From NCBI GenBank assembly GCA_027292775.1, contig JAPUGL010000031.1, positions 2,546-66,545 on the forward strand: a stretch of 64,000 nucleotides of DNA, in the 5' to 3' direction. Each line of letters starts with the position of its first letter. Positions within the stretch are counted from its first letter, which is position 1. The notes below the pieces were generated by a model. The model did no database searches. It was given only the letters and a program-made list of their open reading frames with translations, and was not told the DNA's origin. Made by a program: the position numbers and the translations under genes. Source of the stretch: Gammaproteobacteria bacterium (GTDB lineage Bacteria > Pseudomonadota > Gammaproteobacteria > Steroidobacterales > MnTg04). Shown one piece after another: positions 40,569-51,401 of the stretch.

Positions 40569-42529
40569 CGGTAAGCCGCAGACTTTGCGAGAAACGCATG
40601 AACTGGACGCTGTTTGGCATCAGCCTGGCGTTATTGCCTCACCTGCCGCGATTGCCGATGTGGATCGGCGTGTTCCTGGTCACAGTAGTCCTGTGGCGGT
40701 GGCAGGCCGAACGCCATGGCTGGTCCTTGCCACCGCGAATACTGAGATTTTTGATCGCAATTGCCGGTTTCGCCGGCGTCGTGCTGACCTATCACACCAT
40801 CAATGGTCTTAACGCCGGTACCGCCCTGCTGGCAATTATGATGGGCATGAAACTTCTGGAGACCCGTGGCCAGAGGGACCAGATGCTGTTGTTGTTCATC
40901 GCGAACTTCCTGGTGCTGGCAGGCCTGTTGTTCGACCAGACCCCGTGGACCGGCGCTTACCTGGTGGTCAGCGTGTTGGTGATCACTGCCGGTCTGCTGG
41001 CGGTCAGCAAATCCGGCGATGTTCTTCCTCTGAAACTGACCCTGAGGCTATCCGGACGAATGCTGCTCCACGCCGTACCGCTGATGTTGGTCATGTTCCT
41101 GTTTTTCCCCCGCATCAGCGGGCCTTTTTGGTCCTTGCCGGTATTACGCGCCGGCGCATCGACCGGCCTGAGCGAAGAAATGAGCCCGGGAGAGATATCC
41201 GACCTGTCCTTGTCGGCGGAAATCGCATTCCGCGCCCAGTTCGCAGGCAATCTGCCGGAACCCCGGGAACGCTACTGGCGTGGACCGGTGCTCAGCGCGT
41301 TCGACGGCATGCGCTGGAGCGTTGTTGTGCCATCTCCGGAGACCGCGACCGATCTGATTGGCTTCGGCGGAGGTGAGTACCGATATCGAGTCACGCTGGA
41401 GCCCCATCAAAAAAACTGGATATTCGCGCTCGACCTGCCGGTGAGTTGGGACCAGCGAGGCATCACGATGAACCGCGATCTCCAATTGATCAGCAGGCGG
41501 CCGATCAGACGGCTGACCGCCTATAACGTGGTTTCGCAGACCCGGTTCACCGCAGATTTGTCCATGCCGCAAAGGCTGGCCAGACGCAACCTGCGGATAC
41601 CGGCCGACCGAAATCCCAAAACGCAGGCGCTGGCCCGGGAAATGCTAGCCGAGGCCGGTAATGCCGACCTGTTCATAGCGCGGGTCATGCAGATGTTCAG
41701 GGAGCAGGAGTTCTTTTATACCTTGCAGCCACCCCGAACCGGTTTTCGAAACGGCGTCGACGACTTCCTGTTTGAGACTCGCCAAGGGTTTTGCGGTCAT
41801 TACGCTTCTGCCTTCACGTTGATGATGCGTGCCGCCGGAATCCCGGCGCGCGTGGTTACCGGCTATCAGGGCGGGGAATACAACCGGCTGGGCGACTATC
41901 TGATCGTACGCCAGGCCGATGCCCATGCCTGGTCCGAGGTCTGGCTTCCCGGCCGGGGCTGGCAGCGTGTCGATCCCACCGCAGCCGTTTCGCCCGACCG
42001 GATTCTGCGAGGCTTCGCGGATACACTGCCCTTTGCTTTATCGGCCCAGGAGCGCTTTCTCCGCCTGCACCCGGCGCTGATACAGATGCGCCAGGCCTGG
42101 GATGCCATGCATAACGCCTGGAACGAGTGGATACTCGATTACGATCTCGACCGTCAGCGATCATTGCTGGAAAAACTGGGATTCGATAAACCGGACTGGA
42201 AAAGTCTCGCTATGGTTCTGGCTGCGGGCCTGGTGCCGGCATTATTTTTCCTTGGCTTGTCCACGGCCAGGGGGTTTCGCCGCCGGAAAACACACCCCGC
42301 CGACAAATCCTGGCAGCTTTTTTGCCATCGCTTGGCGGGCAAGGACCTGCCGAGAAAAAGCGATGAAGGCCCTTTGAATTTCTCCAGGCGGGTAATCGAG
42401 TTGCGCCCCGATCTCAGCGCCGTGGTCAGCGAAATTGCCGACGCCTATATCGCGATTCGTTATTATCCAAATCCCGGCAGCGACCGGCTCGACCTACTCA
42501 AAGATCGGGTGGCTTCGTTTCGGCCCTGA
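40565..42529 (+). CDS. transglutaminase-domain membrane protein (TgpA-like)
   Basis: Polytopic N-terminus and a transglutaminase core (GFCGHYASAF ... DAHAWSEVW ... RVDPT). The start is at an ATGA overlap with the DUF58 stop (40565-40568). Confidence 0.88.
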   Translation: MTVSRRLCEKRMNWTLFGISLALLPHLPRLPMWIGVFLVTVVLWRWQAERHGWSLPPRILRFLIAIAGFAGVVLTYHTINGLNAGTALLAIMMGMKLLETRGQRDQMLLLFIANFLVLAGLLFDQTPWTGAYLVVSVLVITAGLLAVSKSGDVLPLKLTLRLSGRMLLHAVPLMLVMFLFFPRISGPFWSLPVLRAGASTGLSEEMSPGEISDLSLSAEIAFRAQFAGNLPEPRERYWRGPVLSAFDGMRWSVVVPSPETATDLIGFGGGEYRYRVTLEPHQKNWIFALDLPVSWDQRGITMNRDLQLISRRPIRRLTAYNVVSQTRFTADLSMPQRLARRNLRIPADRNPKTQALAREMLAEAGNADLFIARVMQMFREQEFFYTLQPPRTGFRNGVDDFLFETRQGFCGHYASAFTLMMRAAGIPARVVTGYQGGEYNRLGDYLIVRQADAHAWSEVWLPGRGWQRVDPTAAVSPDRILRGFADTLPFALSAQERFLRLHPALIQMRQAWDAMHNAWNEWILDYDLDRQRSLLEKLGFDKPDWKSLAMVLAAGLVPALFFLGLSTARGFRRRKTHPADKSWQLFCHRLAGKDLPRKSDEGPLNFSRRVIELRPDLSAVVSEIADAYIAIRYYPNPGSDRLDLLKDRVASFRP

Positions 42530-42552
42530 AGCGGTCACTCTTGTCGAAATAG

Positions 42553-43845
42553 CTATATCGCCCCTTCCAGGGCGTTGGCCTCCCGATGGCCTTTATCCAC
42601 ATCTACAAGGACCAATACGGCCGCGCCAAAAAGAAATAGCGGCGCGATAGCCATGATTGCGTAACGCGAATTTTGTGTGAAAAGGGCCACACCAGCCACC
42701 AGGAACGGACCGAGTACCGCGGCAAATTTCCCAAGCATGTTGTAAAAACCGAAAAACTCAGCCGTCTTGTCGCTCGGAATGATACTGGCGTATAGCGCCC
42801 GGCTCAGACTTTGCACGCCTCCCTGGACCAGGCCGATCGTGACCGCGAGCATATAAAACTCCGTAACCGTTTTTAGATACATGCCGGCCCAAAGCGTACT
42901 CACAAAGTAAACCAGGACGCCTATCATTATCCCCCGCTTGGCGCCGATACGATTCCCCAGAAAACCAAACGCCAAAGACGCGGGGAAAGCGACAAACTGC
43001 GTCAGCAGCAAGGCTTTCATCAGGTCGCCAGGCGCCATATTCAGGTTGATGCCGAAATCCACGGCCATTTTGATGATGGTGTTGACGCCGTCTATATAAA
43101 GCCAGTAAGCGACAAGAAACAGTACGATCGTTTTCAAAGAACGAATTTTTTTCAGCGTATGAGTGAGTTCCGTCAGACCGGCAGTCACCGCCTGCCAGCT
43201 ACTGCTCTTGTCGACGGTCGGTGCTTCCCGAACCCAAAGCATCGCGGGAATGCTGAACACAGCCCACCAGATGGCGACCGTAACAAAGGAAACGCGCACC
43301 GCCTGTGTGGCATCGGCCAGACCAAACCATTCCGGATTCAAGGTCATCAGCACATTTAGCAGAAACAACAGGCCGCCGCCGATGTAGCCCATCGCGTAAC
43401 CAAAACTGGAAATTAGCGAGAAATTTTCCTTCGCGCTGATATCGACCAGCAACGAATCATAAAACACATTACTGCCGGCAAAACCCATGGTTGCCAGCGC
43501 ATAGATAACCGCAGCGTATTGCCATTGGCCTTGCTCGACGAAATACAAGGAGCTGCTCATCACCACGCCAAGTGCCGCGAAGGTGAAAAGAAATCGCATC
43601 CGGGTGCCGCCGCGGTCGCTGATTGCACCCAGGACCGGCGCGAGAAAGGCTATGATCAGGCTCGCCGTACCGTTGGCAACACCCAGTCGAAACGTGGTGA
43701 CGCTGCCACTGATCCCGGCACTCCAGTACTGACTAAAAAAGATCGGAAAAAATCCCGCCATCACGGTCGTGGCATAGGCGGAGTTAGCCCAGTCGTAAAA
43801 CGCCCATGCCAGCACCGGCCGATGCCGCAAGACCTGGATATTCAT
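42553..43845 (-). CDS. MFS transporter (UMF1/Atg22-like family)
   Basis: AWAFYDWANSAYATTV N-terminal motif and about 12 TM segments. The start is set at ATG 43845. Confidence 0.85.
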   Translation of the reverse strand: MNIQVLRHRPVLAWAFYDWANSAYATTVMAGFFPIFFSQYWSAGISGSVTTFRLGVANGTASLIIAFLAPVLGAISDRGGTRMRFLFTFAALGVVMSSSLYFVEQGQWQYAAVIYALATMGFAGSNVFYDSLLVDISAKENFSLISSFGYAMGYIGGGLLFLLNVLMTLNPEWFGLADATQAVRVSFVTVAIWWAVFSIPAMLWVREAPTVDKSSSWQAVTAGLTELTHTLKKIRSLKTIVLFLVAYWLYIDGVNTIIKMAVDFGINLNMAPGDLMKALLLTQFVAFPASLAFGFLGNRIGAKRGIMIGVLVYFVSTLWAGMYLKTVTEFYMLAVTIGLVQGGVQSLSRALYASIIPSDKTAEFFGFYNMLGKFAAVLGPFLVAGVALFTQNSRYAIMAIAPLFLFGAAVLVLVDVDKGHREANALEGAI

Positions 43846-43923
43846 TGCCAATCCCTGTCCGACATGCCGCCGACTATACCCCGACTGCCTGGAAGCCCGC
43901 ATAATTCACTAAGGATCGCGTAT

Positions 43924-44028
43924 TCTGGCTGGTAGCTTGGGCAGCTGAGGGCAGGCTTGGAGCGAAACCCATAGTGATAGCTATGGGTTGAGTGAAGGCC
44001 AAGCTCAGATGTTCGAGAACCAGCCAGA
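43924..44028. repeat. nested inverted repeats, a predicted ~105-nt compound stem-loop
   Basis: Outer pair TCTGGCTGG (43924-32) with CCAGCCAGA (44020-28). Middle pair GCTTGG (43955-60) with CCAAGC (43999-44004). Inner pair AACCCATAG (43966-74) with CTATGGGTT (43981-89). Confidence 0.55.
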
Positions 44029-44148
44029 GCCGCGATAGGCGGTCGCCGGCTTACAAACTGTGGCCAGCAACATATCTACAAACACTTCCAAATATCGTAA
44101 TCGTCTTCCTAATACTCTGGCGTTTGCCGCCTTGGTGAAATATGCAGG

Positions 44149-45756
44149 CTAGCCATTCTTCCTGCCCTGGTGCTCCCGGGTCGCACTGAATTCAAGATCG
44201 GGCCAGCGTTCCTCAGTCAGCGACAGGTTGACCCTGCTGGGTGCGATATAGACAAGTTCGTCTGCGTGATCCATCGCCAGATGCTCGCCCGCCTTGTGCC
44301 TGAATTTCTCCAGTTGATTCTCGTCGCCGGCGCTGACCCAGCGAACCGTGGCAACATTGATCGCCTCAAAATGACATTCGACGCCGTATTCCTCGCGCAG
44401 TCGAAATTCGACTACTTCGAACTGCAGTTGGCCGACCGCCCCAAGGATCAAGTCGTTATTCCGAAAAGGCCGAAACAACTGCGTAGCCCCTTCCTCGCAC
44501 AGCTGATCCAGCCCCTTTTGCAGCGCCTTCATGCGCAGCGGATCGCGCAGTACGGCGCGCCGAAAAAGCTCCGGGGCAAAACTCGGTATACCCGTGAACT
44601 CGAGATCCTCGCCTTCACTGAAGCTATCCCCGATATTGATCGTGCCGTGATTGTGCAGACCGATGATGTCTCCGGCACAGGCGTCGATGGCATGTTTGCG
44701 GTCGGCGGCCAAAAAAGTCAGCGCGTCGGCGATTTTCATGTTTTTCCGAGTGCGTCCCTGGAAAAGCTTCATGCCGGGTTTGAAATTCCCGGAGCAGATT
44801 CTGAGAAAAGCGATCCGGTCGCGGTGCGCCGGGTCCATATTGGCCTGTATTTTGAAGACAAATCCGCTAAAGCTGTTTTCCCGAGGCTCAACGACGCGTT
44901 CCATCGCCGCACGTGGCTGCGGAGGCGGTGCGTGCTCGACGAAGGCGTCGAGCAGTTCCCTGACTCCAAAGCTGTTAATGGCCGAGCCGAAAAAAACCGG
45001 TGTTTGGCGGCCTGCGAGGTATTCTCCAATTGAGAATTCGGTGCTCGCTCCTTGAACCAGTTCCACCTCTGCGCGAAATTCGTCAGCCATGTCTCCAAGC
45101 AATTCGTCAGCCTCGGGACTGTGCAGTCCTTCTATGACCCGGGTTTGCCCGACCCTTTCCCGATCATCGGTCCAGTACACATACAGACGATCCAGGGTCA
45201 GGTGATAGATACCTTTCAGCCTGCTGCCCATGCCGATCGGCCAGGTAACGGGCGCGCAGCTGATTGCCAGGACGTTTTCTATCTCATCGAGGAGCTCCAC
45301 TGGCTCGCGGCCCTCGCGGTCGAGCTTGTTGATGAATGTCATGATCGGTGTATCGCGCAGGCGACAGACATCCATCAATTTTATCGTGCGCTGTTCGACG
45401 CCTTTTGCACAGTCGATAACCATCAACGCCGAATCAACGGCGGTCAGTGTGCGATAGGTGTCCTCGGAAAAGTCTTCATGACCGGGCGTATCGAGCAGAT
45501 TGACGATGTAGTCGCCGTAGGGAAACTGCATGACCGACGAGGTCACAGATATTCCTCGCTGCTGTTCCAGCGCCATCCAGTCCGAAGTGGCGTGGCGGCT
45601 TGCCTTGCGTCTCTTGACCGTGCCAGCGAGCTGGATTGCGCCACCGAACAGCAATAACTTTTCGGTCAGCGTCGTTTTCCCCGCATCGGGATGGGAAATG
45701 ATTGCAAATGTTCGCCGCCGACTAATTTGACTGGCCAAGCCTGGCATCTGTTTCAA
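44149..45756 (-). CDS. prfC: peptide chain release factor 3
   Basis: [29 protein letters not shown] GTPase N-terminus, 535 aa. Confidence 0.96.
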   Translation of the reverse strand: MKQMPGLASQISRRRTFAIISHPDAGKTTLTEKLLLFGGAIQLAGTVKRRKASRHATSDWMALEQQRGISVTSSVMQFPYGDYIVNLLDTPGHEDFSEDTYRTLTAVDSALMVIDCAKGVEQRTIKLMDVCRLRDTPIMTFINKLDREGREPVELLDEIENVLAISCAPVTWPIGMGSRLKGIYHLTLDRLYVYWTDDRERVGQTRVIEGLHSPEADELLGDMADEFRAEVELVQGASTEFSIGEYLAGRQTPVFFGSAINSFGVRELLDAFVEHAPPPQPRAAMERVVEPRENSFSGFVFKIQANMDPAHRDRIAFLRICSGNFKPGMKLFQGRTRKNMKIADALTFLAADRKHAIDACAGDIIGLHNHGTINIGDSFSEGEDLEFTGIPSFAPELFRRAVLRDPLRMKALQKGLDQLCEEGATQLFRPFRNNDLILGAVGQLQFEVVEFRLREEYGVECHFEAINVATVRWVSAGDENQLEKFRHKAGEHLAMDHADELVYIAPSRVNLSLTEERWPDLEFSATREHQGRKNG

Positions 45757-45776
45757 CCTTGGAAAAGGCGCGAATT

Positions 45777-46289
45777 CTACACGAGCCGGGGGCGTGGGTC
45801 AGTGCCGGGCGTGCTGTTTGCGGACTCGTCGAAGTGCAACGCATACACCATTGCATCTTCGCGGCCCCTCAGGACACGGTAATACTGTCGCCGAATACCA
45901 ATGAGCTCAAATCCTTCGGATTCATACAAGACCCGCGCAGCCTCATTGCTGGGACGGACTTCCAGATAAATCCGGCTCAATGACTGGCCGCGGCAATATC
46001 CCAGAAGATCAAGCAACAGATGGCGGCCAAGCCCCTGACTCCGGCACTCCGGACATACCGTCAGATTGAGGATATGAGCTTCACCGGCACCGACAGACAG
46101 GACGGCATAGGCGGCTGGCCATCCTTGCAAGTCCAGAACGCGGCAGTAGTAACCCACGGAAAGGCAATCTGAAAAAACCCCTGCCGACCAAGGGAAGTCA
46201 TAGGAAGCGGACTCGATGTCGATAACCCGGGTCAGGTCACGCGTCTGAATTGCCCGGATTTCAATGGGTTTTTCCGCGATAACCATCAC
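45777..46289 (-). CDS. rimI: ribosomal-protein-alanine N-acetyltransferase
   Basis: GNAT fold (QGLGRHLL acetyl-CoA motif). 4-nt overlap with the upstream UDG gene stop. Confidence 0.85.
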   Translation of the reverse strand: MMVIAEKPIEIRAIQTRDLTRVIDIESASYDFPWSAGVFSDCLSVGYYCRVLDLQGWPAAYAVLSVGAGEAHILNLTVCPECRSQGLGRHLLLDLLGYCRGQSLSRIYLEVRPSNEAARVLYESEGFELIGIRRQYYRVLRGREDAMVYALHFDESANSTPGTDPRPRLV

Positions 46290-47065
46290 GCCTGTTCCGC
46301 AGTTTGTCCGGCCAGAACCGTTTTCGCCAGCAACATGTCCTCCCAGACTTTGGCCTTCTGGCTGGGACTGCGCAACAGATAGGCCGGGTGGTAGGTGACG
46401 ACCATCGGTATCTCGTTCTCATAGCGGTATATCTTGCCCCGCAATTTCCCCAGCGGTTGGTCGGTATCGAGCATGCGGTGTGCTGCGACCTTGCCGACAA
46501 GGACGATGATTTTTGGCTGTAGCAGAGCAATCTGGCGCTTCAGAAATGGATAGCACTGGTCCGACTCGTCATGATGCGGGTTTCGGTTGGCGGGCGGCCG
46601 GCACTTGATCGTATTCGCGATATAGACTTGTTCGCGGCTCAGACCGGCAGCATGCAAAATAGCATTCAATAATTGCCCTGCGCGGCCGACAAAGGGTTCA
46701 CCCTGCTCATCCTCATCCTTGCCTGGCGCCTCACCGATAAACATCCAGTCGGCCTCCAGGTTGCCGACACCGGGCACGGCCTGAATCCGGTCTTGATGGA
46801 GTGGGCAGCGCGTACAGCCCGCGATGCGCTGGAGCAGTTCGCCCCAGGCCAGAGTTGCGGTGTCGTTATCGGAATCCGGTGTCATCGGCTGCTCACGAGC
46901 CGGCGACACGACCGCTTTTGGTTTGACTAATGGTTTCGCGGAGTCGCCAGCCTTGCCCGATTCCTTCGGTACCGACCCTGGCTCAGCCGCGGTGGCATCC
47001 CGTTTCTGCCAGACGGTCAGCCCCATCGCTTGCAGGCAAACTCGTTTTCTTTCGCTCAGACTCAC
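46286..47065 (-). CDS. uracil-DNA glycosylase, family 4, with N-terminal extension
   Basis: [24 protein letters not shown] motif and Cys ligands (CTRCPL). Confidence 0.88.
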   Translation of the reverse strand: MSLSERKRVCLQAMGLTVWQKRDATAAEPGSVPKESGKAGDSAKPLVKPKAVVSPAREQPMTPDSDNDTATLAWGELLQRIAGCTRCPLHQDRIQAVPGVGNLEADWMFIGEAPGKDEDEQGEPFVGRAGQLLNAILHAAGLSREQVYIANTIKCRPPANRNPHHDESDQCYPFLKRQIALLQPKIIVLVGKVAAHRMLDTDQPLGKLRGKIYRYENEIPMVVTYHPAYLLRSPSQKAKVWEDMLLAKTVLAGQTAEQA

Positions 47066-47070
47066 GGATT

Positions 47071-47853
47071 TCAGTCAATCAATTGCCGCTGGCGTCGCTT
47101 GGCGAAGAATCGCCAGCCCGCCATCGCCGGTCCCGACACCGCATAGATAGACGACATGGCCAGCAGCACGACCGGTGGATCCAGCGATATCAGCATAAAG
47201 AGTAGCGGAATCAGGATCACATAGGCAAAGGGCACGCGACGGCCGAGATTCAAATCCTTGAAACTGTAATAACTAAAGTTGCTGACCATCAGTAGCCCGG
47301 CCATTCCGGTCACACCGAAACCCAACGCCAACACGATGATACCCTCGAGCTCCAGCCTGGCGCCCAGCCAGATCATGCTAGCCACCAGCGCGGCGGCCGA
47401 CGGGCTGGGCAGTCCCTGAAAATATCGTTTGCCTGTGGGCAGTTCGCGGGTGTTGAAGCGTGCCAGACGCAGGGCGCAGGAAACGGCATACATAAATGCA
47501 GCCAGCCAGCCCAGGCGCCCCCAGGCCAGGCCGTATTCGGCAATCCGTGCCACGCCCCACTGATAAACAACCAGTGCCGGAGCCAGTCCAAAACAAACCA
47601 TATCCGACAGACTGTCGTATTCCTTGCCAAAATCGCTTTCGGTGCTGGTCATTCTTGCAACCCGGCCATCCAAGCCATCCATAAACATCGCGACAAACAA
47701 GGCGATGGCGGCACGTCTGAAATTACCGTCTATTGCGGCGACAATGGCATAAAAACCGGCAAACATGGCGGCAGTTGTAAGCAGGTTGGGCAGCAGGATG
47801 ATTCCCTTGCGAAGTCTCTCTTTTCGATTGCTGGTTTTTGCTTTCATTGGCAT
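47071..47853 (-). CDS. pssA: CDP-diacylglycerol--serine O-phosphatidyltransferase
   Basis: CDP-alcohol phosphatidyltransferase motif DGLDGRVAR...G...DSLSD in a polytopic protein. Confidence 0.9.
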   Translation of the reverse strand: MPMKAKTSNRKERLRKGIILLPNLLTTAAMFAGFYAIVAAIDGNFRRAAIALFVAMFMDGLDGRVARMTSTESDFGKEYDSLSDMVCFGLAPALVVYQWGVARIAEYGLAWGRLGWLAAFMYAVSCALRLARFNTRELPTGKRYFQGLPSPSAAALVASMIWLGARLELEGIIVLALGFGVTGMAGLLMVSNFSYYSFKDLNLGRRVPFAYVILIPLLFMLISLDPPVVLLAMSSIYAVSGPAMAGWRFFAKRRQRQLID

Positions 47854-47938
47854 TCGATGTCACACACGGTAAAACACGGCAGGCGGCATCATCCATTGTA
47901 ACCTTTGATCTGGCTCCTGCACCGGCCGTGATCAGGGA

Positions 47939-48937
47939 TTATTCTTTTTTTCGCAGCCACGGCATTCTCGCGCGCAGTAAGGCTCCAACTTTCTCAATAT
48001 CGTGCGACTCTGCCGCGGCTCTGCGCTGGCGGATCAACGGCGACCCGGCCTCAATCTCGGCATCCAGCTCGTCGGCGAAACGGCCATCCCGGATTTCCGC
48101 CAGAAAATCTCTCATCGCGGCTCGACTGGCCTCGTTGATTATCCTAGGTCCACGCGTATAGTCGCCGTACTCCGCAGCCATCGAAATGGATTGTCGTGTC
48201 CCCGCGATGCCCCGGCGATGAATCATGTCTGCCATCAGTTTGACCTCATGCAGACAGCAAAAATATGCTATTTCCGGCGAATAGCCCGCCTCGGTCAGAA
48301 TTTCATATGCGCCGGTGATCAGGTGGTCGATACCGCCGCAGAGAACCGCCTGTTCGGCAAACAGATCTGTTTCGGTTTCTTCCGCGAATGTCGTCTCCAT
48401 CACCGCCGCGCGGCCATGACCGTTCACCTTTGCATAAGCGAACGCCAGCGCCCTGGCCTGCCCGCTGGCATCCTGATGTACGCCGACAAGGGCCGGCACA
48501 CCCAGGCCGGCTTCATACTGCAAGCGCACCTGCTCACCGATGCCCAGCGGCGCCACCAGCAGAACATCGAGGTCTTCCCGCGGCACGATGCGTCGGTAAT
48601 GTATGTTGTATCCATGCGCAAAGATCAGCGCGCTGTGTTTTTTCATGCGACTGGCGAGGATATTTTCATACACGGCCACCTGCTCGGAATCGGGTACCAG
48701 CATCACGACCAGCTCGGACTCAGCCGCTTTTTCCAGTGATACCAACTCCAACCCGTATTCCCGGCAGGCGTCGGCGGAGGCCGAGCCTTCGCGCAAACCG
48801 ACAACCACATCCTGCCCTGAATCCCTTAGATTCAACGCGTGCGCGCGCCCCTGCGCACCGAAACCCAGTACCGCTATCCGTCTGCCATCAATCGGCGTCA
48901 GGTCAATATCCTTGTCCTCATAGATCGCAGCACTCAT
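47939..48937 (-). CDS. ketol-acid reductoisomerase (class I) homologue with atypical active-site residues
   Basis: Collinear with class I IlvC (IAVLGFGAQGRAHALNL, FAHGYNIH, ETDLFAEQAVLCGG, MPWL). However it reads APLGIGE where APKxPGH is expected and FCCLHE where FECLHE is expected. The start is set at ATG 48937. Confidence 0.8.
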   Translation of the reverse strand: MSAAIYEDKDIDLTPIDGRRIAVLGFGAQGRAHALNLRDSGQDVVVGLREGSASADACREYGLELVSLEKAAESELVVMLVPDSEQVAVYENILASRMKKHSALIFAHGYNIHYRRIVPREDLDVLLVAPLGIGEQVRLQYEAGLGVPALVGVHQDASGQARALAFAYAKVNGHGRAAVMETTFAEETETDLFAEQAVLCGGIDHLITGAYEILTEAGYSPEIAYFCCLHEVKLMADMIHRRGIAGTRQSISMAAEYGDYTRGPRIINEASRAAMRDFLAEIRDGRFADELDAEIEAGSPLIRQRRAAAESHDIEKVGALLRARMPWLRKKE

Positions 48938-49078
48938 TCGGTCGATATTGCAGGCAAGGTCGGCCGCTGGCAAATCAGAGTTCGTTGGAATTACGCTCTG
49001 TACCCCGCCACCTAAGGCCCGATACAATCTTCCCGCGAAGTGTCAGCTTGCGCTGAACAGAAAAGGACTTGCCCCAAG

Positions 49079-50791
49079 ATGCGATTGTCGCGATTTCCGT
49101 TATTTACGCTTAAAGAAGTGCCCGCCGACGCAGAGGTGATCAGCCACCAGCTGATGGTGCGCGCAGGCCTGATCCGCAGGCTCGCATCCGGTCTGTATAG
49201 CTGGTTGCCGCTGGGGCTCAGGGTTTTGCAGAGAATCGAGCGGGTCGTACGCGAGGAAATGAATCGCGCCGGCGCTTTCGAATTGTTGATGCCCTGCGTA
49301 CAGCCCGCGGAACTCTGGCAGGAATCGGAGCGCTGGGGCGAATACGGCCCCGAGCTGCTGAGGTTCAAGGACCGGCATCGGCGCGAATTCTGCTTTGGCC
49401 CGACCCATGAGGAAGTCATTACCGATATCGCGCGACGGGAACTGAAAAGTTATCGCCAGTTGCCGGTTAATTACTACCAGATTCAGACCAAGTTCCGGGA
49501 TGAAATCAGGCCGCGTTTCGGCGTCATGCGCGCGCGCGAGTTCATCATGAAAGATGCCTATTCTTTTCATCTGGACCAGGAAAGCCTGGAGGCCGGTTAC
49601 CAGGCGATGTTCGATGCCTATAGCATCATTTTTACGCGCCTGGGCCTGCGCTTTAGGCCGGTACAGGCCGATTCAGGCGCCATCGGCGGCAGCGCGTCAC
49701 AGGAATTTCACGTGCTTGCGGATTCCGGCGAGGATGCGATCGTTTTCTCAGACGGCGACGATTATGCGGCCAATCTCGAAATGGCCGAAGCGCTGCCACC
49801 CGAGGCCGTGAAGAAAAAACCGGGTGATGAAATGCGGATTGTCGATACGCCCGGTATCCGCAGCATCGATGAGCTTTGCTCATTCCTGGACGCCGATCCG
49901 GGGCGGTGCATCAAGACGCTGCTGGTCGACGCGGAAGACGGCGGCCTGATCGCCCTCGTACTGCGGGGCGACCACGAATTAAATGCCTTAAAGGCGGAAA
50001 GAATCCCCGGCGTTCGCCAGCCGTTGACGATGGCGGGGGCGGACAAAGTCAGTGCAAGTATCGGTTGCGAACCCGGTTTCATCGGCCCGGTTAATTTGTC
50101 CTGTTCGATCCATGTTGATCACAGTGCCGCGGCGGTCGTCGATTTCATCTGCGGCGCCAATGAGATCGACAAACACCTGGTAAACGTCAACTGGGGTCGT
50201 GACCTTTCCGGCTGCGATTCGGTGGATTTGCGAAACGTCGTAGACGGGGATCCCAGCCCGACCGGCAAAGGCATGCTGTCGGTAACCCGCGGCATCGAGG
50301 TCGGTCATATATTCATGCTCGGTGACAAGTATAGCTCGATGATGAATGCGCAGGTCCTCGACGCCAATGGGAAAACGCAAACCCTGCTCATGGCTTGTTA
50401 CGGTATCGGGATCACGCGGATCGCGGCCGCCGCCATCGAACAAAACCATGATGAAAGAGGCATCATCTGGCCACCGGCGATGGCGCCGTTCGATGTTGCC
50501 CTGGTCCCGATCAACCAACACAAATCAGACCGCGTCAGGGAAGCTGCAGACCAGCTATACGAGGATCTGAGCGCTACGGGGCTCCAGGTAATCGTTGACG
50601 ACCGTAACGCCAGGCCGGGCGTAAAATTTGCCGATATGGATCTGATCGGCATTCCGCATCGAGTGGTGGTGGCCGAAAAAGGCCTGGATGCTGGAACCTT
50701 CGAATACAAGAACCGGCGTGACGATCAAACCAGGAATTTGACCATTGCCGAGTTGAAGGATTTGCTCGGCAACTCGCAGACCGAGGCCTGA
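49079..50791 (+). CDS. proS: proline--tRNA ligase
   Basis: [19 protein letters not shown] start, class II motifs and an editing-domain insertion. The start is moved to ATG 49079. Confidence 0.96.
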   Translation: MRLSRFPLFTLKEVPADAEVISHQLMVRAGLIRRLASGLYSWLPLGLRVLQRIERVVREEMNRAGAFELLMPCVQPAELWQESERWGEYGPELLRFKDRHRREFCFGPTHEEVITDIARRELKSYRQLPVNYYQIQTKFRDEIRPRFGVMRAREFIMKDAYSFHLDQESLEAGYQAMFDAYSIIFTRLGLRFRPVQADSGAIGGSASQEFHVLADSGEDAIVFSDGDDYAANLEMAEALPPEAVKKKPGDEMRIVDTPGIRSIDELCSFLDADPGRCIKTLLVDAEDGGLIALVLRGDHELNALKAERIPGVRQPLTMAGADKVSASIGCEPGFIGPVNLSCSIHVDHSAAAVVDFICGANEIDKHLVNVNWGRDLSGCDSVDLRNVVDGDPSPTGKGMLSVTRGIEVGHIFMLGDKYSSMMNAQVLDANGKTQTLLMACYGIGITRIAAAAIEQNHDERGIIWPPAMAPFDVALVPINQHKSDRVREAADQLYEDLSATGLQVIVDDRNARPGVKFADMDLIGIPHRVVVAEKGLDAGTFEYKNRRDDQTRNLTIAELKDLLGNSQTEA

Positions 50792-50793
50792 GC

Positions 50794-51378
50794 ATGACTG
50801 CGAAACCGATCAAAACCTGGTCTGGATTTTTCCTGATTCCGATGTTGTTCGGTATGACGTCGCCGGCGCAGACGCAGACGCAGCCGGACCCCGAACTGCG
50901 GCGTCTGTTGATCGAAGCGGCCAACGACTCGAGCAGCTTCGAGGATAGATTCGATGCCGAGGTCTGGTTGACAGATATGTCAGGCAGGCTCGCCCGTAAG
51001 GTTCCGGACGCGCGCGAACGCTTGCAATTACTGAAGCAGATTCATTTCGAGGCTACCCGAAAAGACCTTCACCCCGAGCTGGTGCTCGCGGTGATCGATA
51101 TCGAAAGCAATTTCGATCGATTTGCGATTTCGTCCGCCGGTGCAATCGGCCTGATGCAGGTCATGCCGTTCTGGCTGAAGGAAATTGGCAGGCCCGATGA
51201 CAACCTGGTCGATGCACAGACCAACCTGCGCATGGGTTGCACCATACTCAAGTATTACATGGATCTCGAAAACCAGGATTTGATTCGCGCGCTGGCAAGA
51301 TACAACGGCAGCAAGGGACGAAGGAAGTATGGCGACCTGGTCATCGATCGCCTGAACCGGAGATGGTATCGAAACTAG
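50794..51378 (+). CDS. lytic transglycosylase domain protein (SLT family)
   Basis: VIDIESNFDRFAISSAGAIGLMQVMP catalytic-Glu region with a signal peptide. Confidence 0.85.
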   Translation: MTAKPIKTWSGFFLIPMLFGMTSPAQTQTQPDPELRRLLIEAANDSSSFEDRFDAEVWLTDMSGRLARKVPDARERLQLLKQIHFEATRKDLHPELVLAVIDIESNFDRFAISSAGAIGLMQVMPFWLKEIGRPDDNLVDAQTNLRMGCTILKYYMDLENQDLIRALARYNGSKGRRKYGDLVIDRLNRRWYRN

Positions 51379-51401
51379 CTAATCCTTAAAGTCTGCCTTG
51401 A

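Noticed and set aside
42593-42601. Perfect DnaA box TTATCCACA
   Set aside because: It is a single box inside the MFS coding sequence, with no box cluster or AT-rich unwinding element.
44170-45033. 287-aa plus-strand ORF
   Set aside because: It is antisense to prfC and carries no motif.
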